Positions 27,412 to 40,400 are shown, counted from the stretch's first letter. The stretch: DNA of 54,911 nucleotides from Diploschistes diacapsis (GCA_023645945.1 JALAIB010000007.1:1-54911); one strand, 5' to 3'. Translations and numbers: made by a program. The notes: generated from the sequence alone by a model not told the origin.

Positions 27412-28575
27412 GGAGTATGGAGGTGCAGCAAAGCTCTTCCGCCGGTAGGAAAGACCCCGCTTCGACTCTTGCGCGTGTAGCAGAGAATATTGGAATGAAG
27501 ATTGAGCCGGGCGTTTGGAGGAATATCACTTACGGAGGCTGGGTCTTTGGAGCCAAGGGGAGCTCGGGAGAATGAGTAGATGTGTCTTGCGCCCAGCAAC
27601 TCTTCCAAGCAGAACACTGCAACGAGTTAGCATATTACACTATGCCTCGAGCTTTTCGATAATAGTTTATCTGCAGTCCATAGGAAGGTGAAAATGAAAG
27701 ACCTCTGCGAGCTCGGATACATGTACTTTTCGCCCCGTGGGCTCTCCGGTAAAATACTTTTAAAGACGGATTAGGGGGAACGGGAACCGACTGTTAGCAT
27801 ATACCTGCATCTTCTGGCTGTCCATTGGCTCGGTTGATGTGTCCATGTACCACGAGTGCCTGGTTCCTCGAGCTTGTGCTAACGATTGGGGGTCAGAGGA
27901 ATGAATGCTCTTTGCGTATATTGAAGACGTCATAATAATAGCTTCACTCTTTTTCTTTTTGAAATCCCAAGCTGAACTAGCAGCGTACCTTCAACAACTG
28001 ATGCTCTTTTCCTTTCCCTGTTTAGTCGAGCAAAGTACTGTAGTAGTGAACTAGTTACCTTTTGCAGACGGGGAAAAGCCGACATGCATTCAACTGCCGC
28101 TTGCACTGACCAAGTTACCAAGCCAAAGTTTGTCCAGATTTCCTACTATATCGTTTGAGGCTGCTAGTATCTATCTCTCTTGCTAGCCTGAAATTCTATT
28201 AGCGACATTCAGCGGATTCAATACTCAAACAATTCAGATTGTGTTCCTGATGAATTATGGATAGAATACCACACACGGCCTTTTCGTTTCTGTAACGCTA
28301 TTATGAGGTCTCCTTCCCTTCCGCCGATCAAAAAGAAAGAAAGAAAGAAAGAGGAATTTTCACTGCTCTTTCCATTCTCCACAGCATTATGTCGTCACGA
28401 TGCCGACCACGTCGTCTCAACCCGTAATTTCTTTCACCTCTACCTTTCGCTTTTCGAACTTGCCACCACCTCCTATCCTAGCATCAGTTTGTGTATTGAA
28501 CCCTGTCGAGCTTCTCTATCCCATATTTCTTCTTTGCCTTTAACTTATCACTGGACTGTCCAAATATTCGACGGC

Positions 28576-29784
28576 ATGAATATCAATGAACTCCCCAACA
28601 ACCGAGGACTCGTCTTGCCCTGGACGAAAGTGAGTTCCCCGGATCCGTAGCTCTGCTAATACCGACGCTGACGCTGGCGCTGACGCGATGCTGATCGACA
28701 CAGGCTTCCCATCGGACTGATATAGACGATTCCAAAGTTGCTGCTCGGCTCCCTTTCCTAAAATACCTTCCATGGGGCTCACGAGGGCATTTCGTTGCCG
28801 TACTCGGCGAGTTCATCGGAACCTTCCTTTTCCTCTTTTTCGCATTCGGTGCAACCCAGATAGCAAACACCAACAACCAAGGCACCGTGACTGACAGCTC
28901 AGAGATCAACAGGCTGCTGTTCATCTCATTGGCGTTTGGGTTTTCATTGGCAGTGAACGCATGGACCTTTTTTCGAATAAGTGGAGGCCTCTTCAACCCT
29001 GCAGTCACACTGGGCATGTGCTTGATTGGCGCTCTGACATGGCTACGGGGCGGACTCTTGTTTGTTACCCAGATGCTCGGCGCCATGTGCGCCGCTGCGG
29101 TGGTCTCGGCTCTGCTCCCTGGCCCGTTGACCGTGCAAACCACCTTGGGCGGAAATACTAGTCTGGCCCAGGGGTTGTTCATTGAGATGTTTCTTACGGT
29201 GCAGCTTGTGTTTACAATCTTCATGCTTGCAGCTGAGAAGCACAAGGCCACCTTCATCGCGCCTGTTGGGATGTAAGCAATATATCTCAAGCGATTGGAG
29301 CTCCACGAAACTAATCTCGGCAAACCACTAGTGGGCTTTCGCTTTTTGTCGCAGAATTGGCCGGCGTGTTCTTCACTGGCGGTTCCCTCAATCCGGCCCG
29401 CAGTTTTGCACCCTGCGTTGTGCAGCGAGGCTTTCCCAACTACCACTGGATATACTGTAAGTCGGATTTCCCGAAGTTCTTCCGGGTAATGAAGCTTTCC
29501 GTGTTTTGCCTGACATCTTCACAGGGCTTGGCCCCGCTCTTGGGAGCTGTCTTTCTGCTCTAGTGTACCGTATAATCAAGATGCTCGAGTACGAGACCGC
29601 GAACCCGGACCAGGACGATGACGGGGAGCCTCAAGCAGTCACCACACCGGAGGGCCTGGCTACCACAGGTTCAAACAGCAGCCCACAGGCTAGTACGTTG
29701 CAGGGACAGGGGTTTTTTCAAGGCAACGGATATCAGTCAGGTCCTGGGATGGAAGATGCGAGAAAGGCAAACAGACCTGATTGA
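28576..29784 (+). CDS. Classical fungal aquaporin (MIP family), 4 exons
   Basis: GEFIGTFLFLFFAF, ISGGLFNPAVT, AAEKHKATFIAPVG, TGGSLNPARSF and HWIYWLGP. Introns: 28630-28703, 29273-29332, 29457-29524. Confidence 0.93.
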
Positions 29785-29897
29785 AGGAGTTTGAGCCGGG
29801 ACTGTGATTGAGTGTCCGGAGCTTTGAAGGGTCGATCGGATCGGCCATGCCTGCTAATTGTGCAGTCGACGCTGCATTGTTGTTTGACAGTGGCATG

Positions 29898-29948
29898 ACT
29901 ACTTACTAGTACTACTAGTACTACTAGTACTACTACTATTATTATTAT
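29898..29948. repeat. Compound microsatellite (CTA/TAG/TTA units)
   Basis: ctacttactagtactactagtactactagtactactactattattattatg, downstream of the aquaporin. Confidence 0.8.
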
Positions 29949-30786
29949 GCTTATAGTAGAAAGAACGGTGATTCTTAAGGCTGGTACCACTTGCTCAAAT
30001 GTTGCCTTTTGCTCTTATATGAAAAGTTTCCTTGCCCACTTCAGGATCACTCGGCTCAGCTGCTTTTTTGGAAGGCCGGGCCGATATAATTGTATAATTG
30101 AGGGAACTGCCGAGTAACATGGTATATTTTGTGCGAGAGTTGTGCACAGTATCAGTATTTTTTGGTCTGGTACGTTGCAACCTGAAGGCTCCGTGTCTAT
30201 GTCTATTGGACACACGTTCAGGTGCTTGCGTGTCAGATAGCTAACTGTGGCGGTGCACCGTCGATCTCCATTCTCTGATTGGATAGGGAGTTATGCGAAG
30301 TTTTTCAAAAGGGTCTCAAGTGTGGCGACGAAAGCAAGAAAAGCCACAGCTGAGCCACAGAGAGTGGGGGGGTTCTGCGGGGGTTCTACCGGTTCGCCCG
30401 CACAATCGTGGCTGACGCTCTACAATGATGCTCTGTGGTTACTGACTCTTTGACTGACTCTCCCAGTTCCTGCAGATCTCGTTTGGAAAGGGGCGTTTCC
30501 TTGTGTAGTAATGCAATACGTTGATTGCCCCCCTCCGAAATCCCTACTTTATTTAACCTTGTACCAGGTAGACATTGTTCATTGCATTGCATGGCCTAGT
30601 AGGTAGGTAGGAGGACTGCTTGGTTTGGGTTGAACACAACTTGTCTCTGTGCACCTTGTTCACTACCCCTCATGTGCTTTTAGGATTAGAGATGAATTGA
30701 ATCCAAAAGTGCAGCTGTGTCGTCATTGCCTCGTAGAGGTCTTGTGTTTGCCTTGGTTCGCGGTCTGCATCTGCTAAAATAAACAT

Positions 30787-30793
30787 TATAAAA
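30787..30793 (+). promoter_or_regulatory. Putative TATA box of the dehydrin-like gene
   Basis: TATAAAA about 155 bp upstream of the ATG, followed by a pyrimidine-rich tract. Confidence 0.5.
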
Positions 30794-30941
30794 CCTCCCC
30801 CTCCCTCGGTTTCTTCACTTTTCACTTCTTCAATACCACCATCCTCAATCGTATCTCCAATACCCCTTCAAAGAACTTCATACACTCTAGCTATCATTTA
30901 ATTACTTCTCAAAGCACAAGATCAACTTAACATAGCCCAGC

Positions 30942-32490
30942 ATGTCTGGACTCATGAACAAGGTCAAAGATGCCTTGTCCAGCAAAGACGACAAAACCCA
31001 TGATACCACAGGCACCACTGCCACTGGTAGTTCAACTCACACCGGCACCACCGGGCTTGGGTCAACTACTGCTGGAACTACCGGTTCTACCACAGCTGGC
31101 CCACACGGCTCAAATGTAGCCAACAAGGCTGATCCTCGTGTCGACAGTGACCTGGGTGAGCTATGAGGGAGACCGATCACATACCGTGTGCTAATGGGAA
31201 TGCAGACGGCGGCCGCAACATGGGTCTCAACCAGACCACTGGCCACGGTACTGGTGCTCCTGGCATAGGCGGAACTACGACCGGCTCCACGAACGCCGGA
31301 CCTCACTCATCCAGCCTTGCAAACAAGGCCGATCCTCGCGTCGATAGCGATCTTGGTATGTTTATAGCCAGCAAAAGCACTCCCAACATCACTTACTCAC
31401 AATTCCCAGATCACAGCCGCAACGCCGGTCTCAATAGAACAACTGGTGGGTATGATAGAACTACAGGGGGCACAACCACAGGACTTACTGGCGGTTCTAC
31501 TGCTGGTGGGACTGGCTCTACAACTGCTGGACCTCACTCTTCCAGCCTTGCTAACAAGGCTGATCCCCGTGTCGATAGCGACCTTGGTGAGCTCGTATCC
31601 TCGGCCCCCCCATATTGCAACAAAGTTGATGAGGTCCAGACCACAGCCGCAACGCGGGTCTAAACAGAACCACCGGCACCACTGGATACGATGGAACGAC
31701 ATCAGGTACCACTGGTGGTGGGCTGACCGGCGGTACGACCGCAGGTACTCATACTGGACACCATAGCGGACACCACGGCGGCCATCATCAAGCCGGAACG
31801 GCTGGCGGCGCCACCACCGGTATCGGTTCCACCAATGCGGGTCCCCACAACACTAACATTGCTAACGCAATCGATCCACGCGTCGACAGCGACTTGAGTG
31901 GAGGGCGTACTTTTGGCGGTAATCAGACGTCTTCTGGTACGATTGGTGGTACTCATCACGGCCATGGCACCACAACTGGGACCGGAGCAGATACAAGCGG
32001 GTTGACTGGCACCTCTGGTACTAGCGGATTGACCGGCGCCACGGGAACCATGGGCACTACCGGACAGGGTACTAGCGGATTCCCTAGCACCACCGGCACT
32101 ACTACTGGCACTTCGGTCGGAGGTGGCGCTGCTAGAGAGGACGTGTCCACGGGCAAAACTGCAGGCCCACACAAGTCTGACCTTCTTAACAAGCTTGATC
32201 CCAGAGTTGACTCGGACTTGGACGGATCCAAGACCGTTGGCGGCAACAAGACTTCTCAGTAAGTGACTTTTTTCAAATCCTCTGAACGGATACCTGACAA
32301 GATCAAGGTATTGATCCTAAGCTGTAGGGCCAACGAACCCTTGGATGCTTCCAAACACCGGCCAAGTGTCTTCCAGGATGTGCACGGGGACCCTTCAATC
32401 GAACACGACAACCCGCAACACAGCACAATCGGTCGTCACGGTGCTAGTCAAGGCAACACCACAGATGCGTACGGGTCAGGTATTCACTAG
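30942..32490 (+). CDS. Fungal dehydrin-like protein with five DPR repeats (short form ends at 32262)
   Basis: Gly/Thr-rich protein with five GPH....N..DPRVDSDL repeats. Introns 31156-31205, 31356-31409, 31587-31639 and a probable 32259-32327. Confidence 0.88.
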
Positions 32491-34450
32491 TGGTTGGAGG
32501 ATTGCATGAAAAAAGGGCATGTTTTGGGTGCTTGCAAATGGCGATGAAAAGGGGTGCTTTACAATGATACCTTAGAACGAGCATAATGAAAGCGACTACT
32601 TTGCACCCCCCCCCAAAATGCTAGAACCGGGCTCTTCTCTAAGCAGTAGCTTGCGCATTCAAGACAGGAGGGTGGGCTGTAGATATATTCCATCTTTAGT
32701 GGTTCAAGCTCCTTGGACTGCTGTGGAAGGGGTCCGTCAAGTCACGAGAGCATACGGCTAAGTGACTACGACATGTGCGGCATGAAGTTTACTGTACTAG
32801 CAAAGCCCCAGTTAAATAAACACGGGCAATAGCTCAACTGAGTGGGCACGGGCAAATCTTATATTCATGATTGGTAACCGGGTTACTAAACGTTGATCTG
32901 TTATCCTTGACCATTTCCCCCTCGGTCTGGAGATGCGTCCAGGGTCGCCTCGCGAAGGTCCATGGTGATGCAAGAGAAGAGAAAAGTCTCACCGGTGGCA
33001 TGCGAAGCTCCATTCGCAAACCTTTGGATGCCAGATCGCGAGCCCTCGTGGGGAGCCGGAGCTAATGTACCGCGCCAGGATAAGCAGCAGCAGCAGCGAC
33101 ACCCCACCTCCCCATCATTCATCCCCAGACACGACCGAGCTAAGCCTCCATGCCGGTATCGTCGGTGGCGGGGCACGACGTTGGCGCTGGGCCACCAGCC
33201 CCGCCCAGCGCTCCCGTGGTCGCGTTCCTCGAGAACCATGTTGACGGTCCCGCTGAGCTGGTTCGCCCAGGGCCATGGTCCCCGCGGGGCCCCTTGCCCC
33301 CGCGCGCTGGCGATGCCGACGTACGTGAGGCTGCCGGCCGCGCCGATGGCGAAAGGTGGGCGATGCTGTCGACGCCCCGCGCCCGACTGCGAGTCGTTGC
33401 GCCTCGAGACGTACGGCCAGTCGCCCCGCGACGCGCATCTCGCTCGGCGTCTCGCCCGGGGCGCCGTTCACGGGACCGGGAATCGTCGCGATGTTCTCGG
33501 CCAGTGGGGTGGTGAGCACGCCCGTATCAGAGGCCTGGTAGGCCGCAGAGCGTGGCGTTCGGTTTCGCGGTCTCGTCGACGCAAGTAGAGAAATGTGGTC
33601 CACGGTCAAACCAGCTGCGCGCTTTGCCACAGCTTCGGATCGAGCTCGTCTTCGGGAGAGTCTAGTGTCCCTCGCAGCCGCCGAGTTGGAGTGTGGTCCA
33701 GATTACCGCCGTAGTCGGAAGCGTAGAGGTTAATGGCGCGTTGCCGGCACAGCCGGCGGCGCAAAGAAGGCGGGCGAGAACAGAAGGATCTCAAGAAGGA
33801 CCCGACGGCAGCTAAACAAGACAGAAAAGGAGAGAGAAAATATAGGTGGTGGTAAAGAATGGAATAGTGTTTCTCAATAGTTCTTAAGAGCAAAAACGAA
33901 AAGTAAAAGTCAGGCATATGGACCACGGGAAGATCCTGCCATTGTACTCACAGCTCAAGATCGGGGAAACGCAGACAAAGAAGCTTTTGAACCAGTCAGT
34001 CACGTTTCGGCATAAAAGGAACGAGACGACCATCAAGACCGAGTCAATAACGAGGCTTCTGTAGCAAAGGCGGAAAAGGGCAATTGCCACATTCTTGTGG
34101 TGCGAGATGAAAAAAGATTGATTCCGGCTACTAGACCGTTAACTTGGCGCTGAGTTGTAATATTGCGGGGAAAAGTAACACCGAATAAAATAAATAAATG
34201 ACGTTAGCTTAGAAAGAATAATACAATAGTGACAATAAAGGGCCCGTAAAAGGGGCCGAACTGTATTGAAAAATAAACATAAATAACGGTTCGAATAACC
34301 GCTGCGAATGATTTTTTTAAAGATGATCCGCGTCAAAAGCGGCAACAAGCACTGACCAAATCTACACCGCGGCTCTGCCCACGTTCCTTCCGTATCCTCT
34401 TGAGTCTTATCTGAGAGTTCCGACAGTCTCTCTTGACTTCGGGATGACAC

Positions 34451-35824
34451 ATGGCATGCGCTATACAGTGTCGCAGGCTTTGGAGGTCTGCGACATCGTT
34501 GCGGCCACGTCCCACTGCGGTCGGCCTCCCACGCATTACCGCACGTTTCCTTCAGCAGTCTAGTCCATCCACGACTAAGTTCGCGTTTGCTTTCGAGTAG
34601 GCGTCCCCAATGTATGGCTGCATCTAGACTGACCCCCATCAGCATTGATGGAGTCCTTCTGCGGAGTTCTGAACCTATTCCGCGCGCCAGGCAAGCTTTA
34701 TTGCAACTTCAATCAAGGGGCATCCCTTTCATCCTGCTCACCAATGGCGGTGGGAAGCTCGAAGCGGAGCGGGTTGCGGAGCTCAGCGACAGACTTGGTG
34801 TGCCATTGGATGTGAACATGTTCGTGCAGAGCCACACACCTTTCGCTTCGCTGGTACATGGAAGAAATGGGAAAAAGCCCTTAAAAGACAAGCCGATACT
34901 TGTAGTCGGTGGCGAAGGGGAGAAATGTCGCCAGGTGGCCCACAGGTAGGCGAATCATCGGGGTTGCTCCGGAATTTATACACGACTCACACTCTTGACT
35001 GTAGCTACGGTTTCACCAACGTCATCATTCCTTCTGATATCTATCATTCCTGCCCTGCTTTTTGGCCCTTTTCCTCTCCTTTCGCCAGGTACCATGCTTC
35101 TGCCGCACGGCCACTCGAGTTACCTATCTATAAGCCCACAGATAGCGGACCGCCGACCCAGGGGAGGCACCTCCGTATAGAGTCTGTATTTGTTTACAAC
35201 GACCCTCGTGACTTTGGCCTCGATACACAAGTCGTCCTTGACTTGCTCCTGTCTCACAAAGGCTTTCTTGGCACACGATCGAAGCTCAATGGATGCAGGG
35301 AGTATCCGAACAACGGATATCAACAGGACGATCAGCCACCATTGACATTTGCAAACCCCGATATGTTCTGGGCCGCCCAATTCCATCTTCCACGGCTCGG
35401 CTCAGGAGCATTCCAAGCGGCGCTGCAGGGACTTTGGCGAGCGGTCACAGGAAGGGCAGAGCTTCAAGTACAGATGGGCGGGAAACCGAGCGCGCAGACG
35501 TTCCAATTTGCAGAGGAGAGGCTAATCGGCCATCGAGCGAAACTGCTCGAGCAGAGGAATCGCGATCGCGGAGCCGCAGGAGAACTGAGGAGGGTCTATA
35601 TGGTCGGCGACAACCCGGCCTCGGACATTGTAGGCGCGAATAATTTCAAAAGTTCCATGGGCATTGCATGGCTCTCGATTCTGGTTCGAAGTGGCGTGTT
35701 CGCTGGCGAACCGCCTCCGGAAAAAGACTTTAGACCTCGAGAGACAGTAGACGATGTGCTCGATGCCGTGAACTGGGCGCTGGAGCAGGAGGGACAAGAG
35801 AGGATACAGTCGGGAGGGAACTGA
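34451..35824 (+). CDS. HAD-IIA hydrolase (CECR5/HDHD5, YKR070W-like) with a likely mitochondrial presequence
   Basis: Spliced FAFAFD|IDGVL, PFILLTNGGG, QSHTP, PRLGSGAF, GKP and YMVGDNPASDIVGAN. Introns 34597-34642 and 34946-35004. Confidence 0.9.
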
Positions 35825-36497
35825 AGAGTCCAATCGGAAAAAGAACTGGAGGTTCCACTGGGCCTAGAAGTGAAGACTTGCCTTGGTTGCGCTTACTTCA
35901 GGCCGCGAGGCCGTACGGAGGATATCTGGCGAACACTACATGGCCTGGATATGCTGTTCCCAATCTGATTGATCGCCGAATGAATCAACTGGTCATAAGA
36001 CAGCAAAGTCTCTGTTGCCACGGCCGCGTCATGGCACTGTACGGATATTCGAGGAGGCACCAGAGCTCATGCACCTCACACAGCGACCTGCCTTGCTTGC
36101 CCCACGGCCCGTGAGACAGTTCAGCGCCCGCTATGAAGTTCCTCGCCATGGTCCGGCTTGATGTATTGGGTTTTCAGCGGCCGTAGCACGTTATGATACG
36201 ATGCGATCTTTGATACATAGATTTGGAGGCCAACACATAAAGTTTCTTTTCATTGAAGATACTCCTTCGCATGACGAGTCGATTCAACGATTTGTGACGC
36301 CCGTGGCGATTTAGTAAAGAATTACTCTTGGATGTCATCTGTGGGTCTCTGGTTTCGTAAATTGTAGAATCAAAGCATTTGACCATGGCGATCGCATTCC
36401 GCTATTACTACCAATCTTTTGACGGGAATCATAGATCGGTCGCTAAAATCAGACGGTGAAAGTACACATAAATACGATATAAAATACAATCGCTGAA

Positions 36498-38174
36498 CTA
36501 TAGCAACAACTCCAATGGATTTTCAACCACTTTTTGGAATTCCCGTATCCATTCGCCGCCAACAGCACCATCTACCACCTTGTGATCAAAGCTTGCCGTT
36601 ACGACAATCTGATCATCCCACTGGACGTTGGGGCTCTCGTCGTCTGAGGTTGGAATTGCTACCTTCCTCGTGGTACCCACGGCCAAAATGCCGGCTTGGG
36701 GAGGATTAATCACGGCTGTAAAGCGCTCGACCGCAGCATTCATCCCCATATTGCTGATGGTGAAGGTTCCACCTTGATACTCCTCCGGCTTCAACTTGCC
36801 GTCTCTTGCTCTCTTACCCAAATCTTTGATTTGTGAAGAGATGCTCTCCAGGCCAAGAGCTTCAACGCTCTTGACGATGGGCGTCATCAGACCAACAGGT
36901 GTGGCGACCGCAACGCTGATGTCGACCGTGTTATGCTGACGGATCACACTTTGACCGCCTTCTTCTCTCCAGCTAGAGTTGACGGTTGGGACTTTCTTGC
37001 AAGCAACCGCGCAGGCCTTTACCAGGAAATCATTTAGCGAGAGCTTGAACTTCCCTTCGCCAGACATGTTCAAAGCCTGACGAAGTTTGATTAATTTGGA
37101 AACTGACACTGTAGCCGTGACGAAGTAGTGAGGGTTTTGGTTCATGGATTGCTGAAGGCGGTTGGCTATTGTTTTCCGCATGGAACTGGCCGGTATGTCT
37201 TCATAGGTCGGTTTTCCCGCGGCGGCCACAGCGGGAGGCGCAGCACCACCGGTGGGCTTGTATTTTTCGATATCTGCCTTAGTTACTCTTCCCCCTGGAC
37301 CAGTTCCCTTGACCTTGTTGATTGGAACCCCCTTCTCAAGTGCCAATTTCTTAGCTAAAGGACTCGCAGAGGGCTCCCGATCAAGACTAGTCTCCAACCT
37401 TCCTCCAGCAGATTCGGACTCTTGTGCTTGTGGTTTGGGTGATTCGTCTTTTGGTGGTGCTGTTCCAGATCCAGAATCAGGAGGCTCAGATGATTCAGCC
37501 GCTTCTTCTTTTGGTTTCTCCTTTGGTGACGCTTTCTCCCCGCCAGCATCTTCGAGAGTGAATGATTCGAAAGCAGAGATGTCTTCGCCTTCCTCGACCA
37601 TAACGGCGATCGGCTAGCGCGAGTCAGCACATGCATCTGGTGCTCGGACAGTTTGGGAACTTGCGTTTCCAACTGCCACATCCTTCTCTCCAGAGTCTTT
37701 CAGAATCTTAGCAAGGACACCCTCGTCCTGAAATTCGAAATCCATCTGAGCCTTGTCCGTCTCAATTTCCACTAGGACGTCCCCTGGAGCCAGAGTATCT
37801 CCAGGTTTTTTCTGCCATGCCCCAATATTTCCCGACGTCATTGTGGGCGATAGCGCAGGCATGCTGACGACCGAATGTGGTGGAAAGGCTGAGCTGTTAG
37901 TGGAAGGATGTATATAGTTATAGCTGACCAACATTTGGAAGCATAGAATCTGCATAGCGCATGTAATGGAGGAGCAAGACTGCCAATTGTACCCATCAGC
38001 ACGGGTGCCTTATGGAAAAAAGACAGCAGAGGCATTCAATGCCTTCTCCTATTGAGGTTCATAGTACCTTGAAGTTATTCGAGTTTGCGGCAGGGGTCTG
38101 AATAGCCTCAGCCCGAGAGAAGCTTTACTCGTCCGCGATGACGTTCTCCATGCTGCTGCTGCCACCGCCGCCAT
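36498..38174 (-). CDS. LAT1: Pyruvate dehydrogenase E2 (dihydrolipoamide acetyltransferase), multi-exon
   Basis: Lipoyl domain MPALSPTM...[13 protein letters not shown]3-binding [20 protein letters not shown] and catalytic [10 protein letters not shown]-terminal presequence exon boundaries are approximate. Confidence 0.95.
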
Positions 38175-38661
38175 AGAGCGTACAACCAGATTGACTGAAA
38201 AGAGCGACAGTATCCTACGTCCAAAGAAGACTTTATGTCGCTACCGAAGATGTGGAAACAACTGAGCGGAACGAAAAGTCTACGAAGCTCAGGGCGGAAG
38301 CTGATGAGACCAAGTTGTTTTTGTCCGGGCGGAACCGGGGGATTTTGGTCTCTTAGCTAGTATTTCTAGTTCGCCGGGAACACTAGGATCAGCTAGCCAA
38401 GTTTCGGATACCGTGACTGTCAGCCCTACATACTGAACTTTTCCACGCTAATCCCCTTTTGACCTCGAAGCTGTGGCCGGAGATATCAGTTATCTGCGGA
38501 AATAAAGGAAAGCTTTATGTCAACCCCCGTAGCTCTACCTGTCGATCGCCTTTATCTCACATCAAAGCTTTGAACTTTGTTATCTGCATTCACTATTCTC
38601 TGCGTCTTTAATACTGGACAATCATACACACGCAACCATTCTCAAACCTGGTCAGGCCATA

Positions 38662-40400
38662 ATGTCTGACGACGATGACTTTATGCAAGAGTCGGATCCT
38701 GAGCAGTGTGTCCCATTGGAAAACTAGCCTAAAAGTCTCTAACACGTGGCCAGGTATGACTTCGAGTACGAGGATGACGATGATCAAGAAACAGCGGATG
38801 TGGATGTTGAGAACAAGTACTACAATGCAAAGCAGATGAAAGTGGACAATCCACAAGAGGCCATAGAAGAATTCCTCGGTCTACCAGCGTTGGAAGAGGA
38901 GAAGGGTGACTGGTGAGCTTCCTGCTTTTTGGCGGCAACGTTCCTTACTAGAGCTTCAGGGGGTTCAAGGGCCTCAAGCAAGCAATCAAGCTCGAGTTCA
39001 AGCTGGGCAAATACGATGAAGTAAGTACCTTCGTCATCCTAAATTACAAATTCAGCTTATACGGGCAGGCTATTACACATTATGGAGAACTGCTGACTTA
39101 TGTCAAATCCGCGGTGACCCGAAATTACTCCGAAAAATCGATAAATAACATGCTTGACTTTATCGAGAAAGGCGCAGACAACAGCGAGGCATATAGGTGC
39201 TTGGAACGGTTCTACTCGTTGACGCTCGAGTCGTTTCAAAGCACAAACAATGAGAGGCTCTGGTTGAAGACAAACATCAAGCTAGCCCGGCTGTGGTTGG
39301 ACAAGAAGGATTATGCCCAACTCGTGAAAAAGTTGCGGGAGTTACATAAGGCCTGCCAGCTCGATGATGGCTCGGATGATCCCAACAAGGGCACCTACTC
39401 CCTTGAAATCTACGCTTTGGAAATACAAATGTACGCGGAAACAAAAAACAATAAGCGTTTAAAGGTAGGGTTTCCGCAAGGTTGCACAAGCAACTTCTTG
39501 ACCGCTGTATGCAGGCATTGTATCAACGTGCTCTCAAAGTTAAATCCGCCGTTCCGCACCCCAAGATTCTAGGGACAATTAGGGAGTGTGGTGGCAAAAT
39601 GCACATGACTGAAGGTATGATCGAACAAGCTCATCTCATTCTGATTACGGCTGACGCGTACAGAAAACTGGAAAGAAGCGCAGACAGACTTTTTTGAGTC
39701 ATTCAGAAACTTTGACGAAGCTGGGTCAAGTCAGCGGTTGCAAGTTTTGAAGTATTTGGTTCTGGCTACTATGCTTATGAAATCCGACATCAATCCGTTC
39801 GACTCTCAGGAGACAAAACCTTACCGAAACGAACCTCGTATTGCTGCAATGACCGATCTAGTAGACGCTTACCAGCGAGACGACATTCATCAGTACGAGA
39901 AGATACTGCAAACTAATAAAGATGTACTGGATGATCCCTTCATCGCTGAGAATATTGACGAGGTTACCAGAAACATCCGCATGAAAGCCATGCTGAATCT
40001 GATCGCCCCATATACACGATTCACCCTGGATTTCATCGCCAAGCAGCTCAAGATTTCACGCGTCGAGGTGCAAGATATTATTGGCTTCCTAATTATAGAC
40101 CAGAAGATCAAGGGAAAGGTAGATCAGGACAAGGGAATAGTCGAAATTGATACTGACCCAGTTCTGAGTCGTACTGAGAGTATGTCGCGATGGGCATCTG
40201 CTACTAGAACGCTTTGGTCAACCGTCTTAAATGACGCAGAGGGCTTTCGAATGGACGATCAATCGTTATCTCTTGGACATGGGATGGGTGGCCCTATCGG
40301 AACACAAATGACGAACTATGAAAGTGCTCGGTCGACAGGACCGAAGGTAACAAATGGACTTGGAAAGCATCGAGGACCTAAAAAAGGAGGTGTTCGCTGA
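38662..40400 (+). CDS. CSN2: COP9 signalosome subunit 2, multi-exon
   Basis: [64 protein letters not shown] and [12 protein letters not shown], plus a PCI domain. Confidence 0.95.

Noticed and set aside
28583..29446. 287-aa antisense ORF over the aquaporin
   Set aside because: It is a mirror frame of the real gene with no recognisable motifs.
31100..32230. Regularly spaced repeats superficially like a CRISPR array
   Set aside because: They are degenerate protein-coding DPR repeats in a spliced eukaryotic gene, and no cas genes are present.
34285..34305. CGGTTCGAATAACCG hairpin with a B-box-like core
   Set aside because: Loop geometry is wrong for a T-arm, and there is no D-arm or anticodon arm upstream.
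32900..34400. Telomerase RNA hypothesis for the unexplained GC-rich region
   Set aside because: I saw no TAACCCTAA-type template on either strand.
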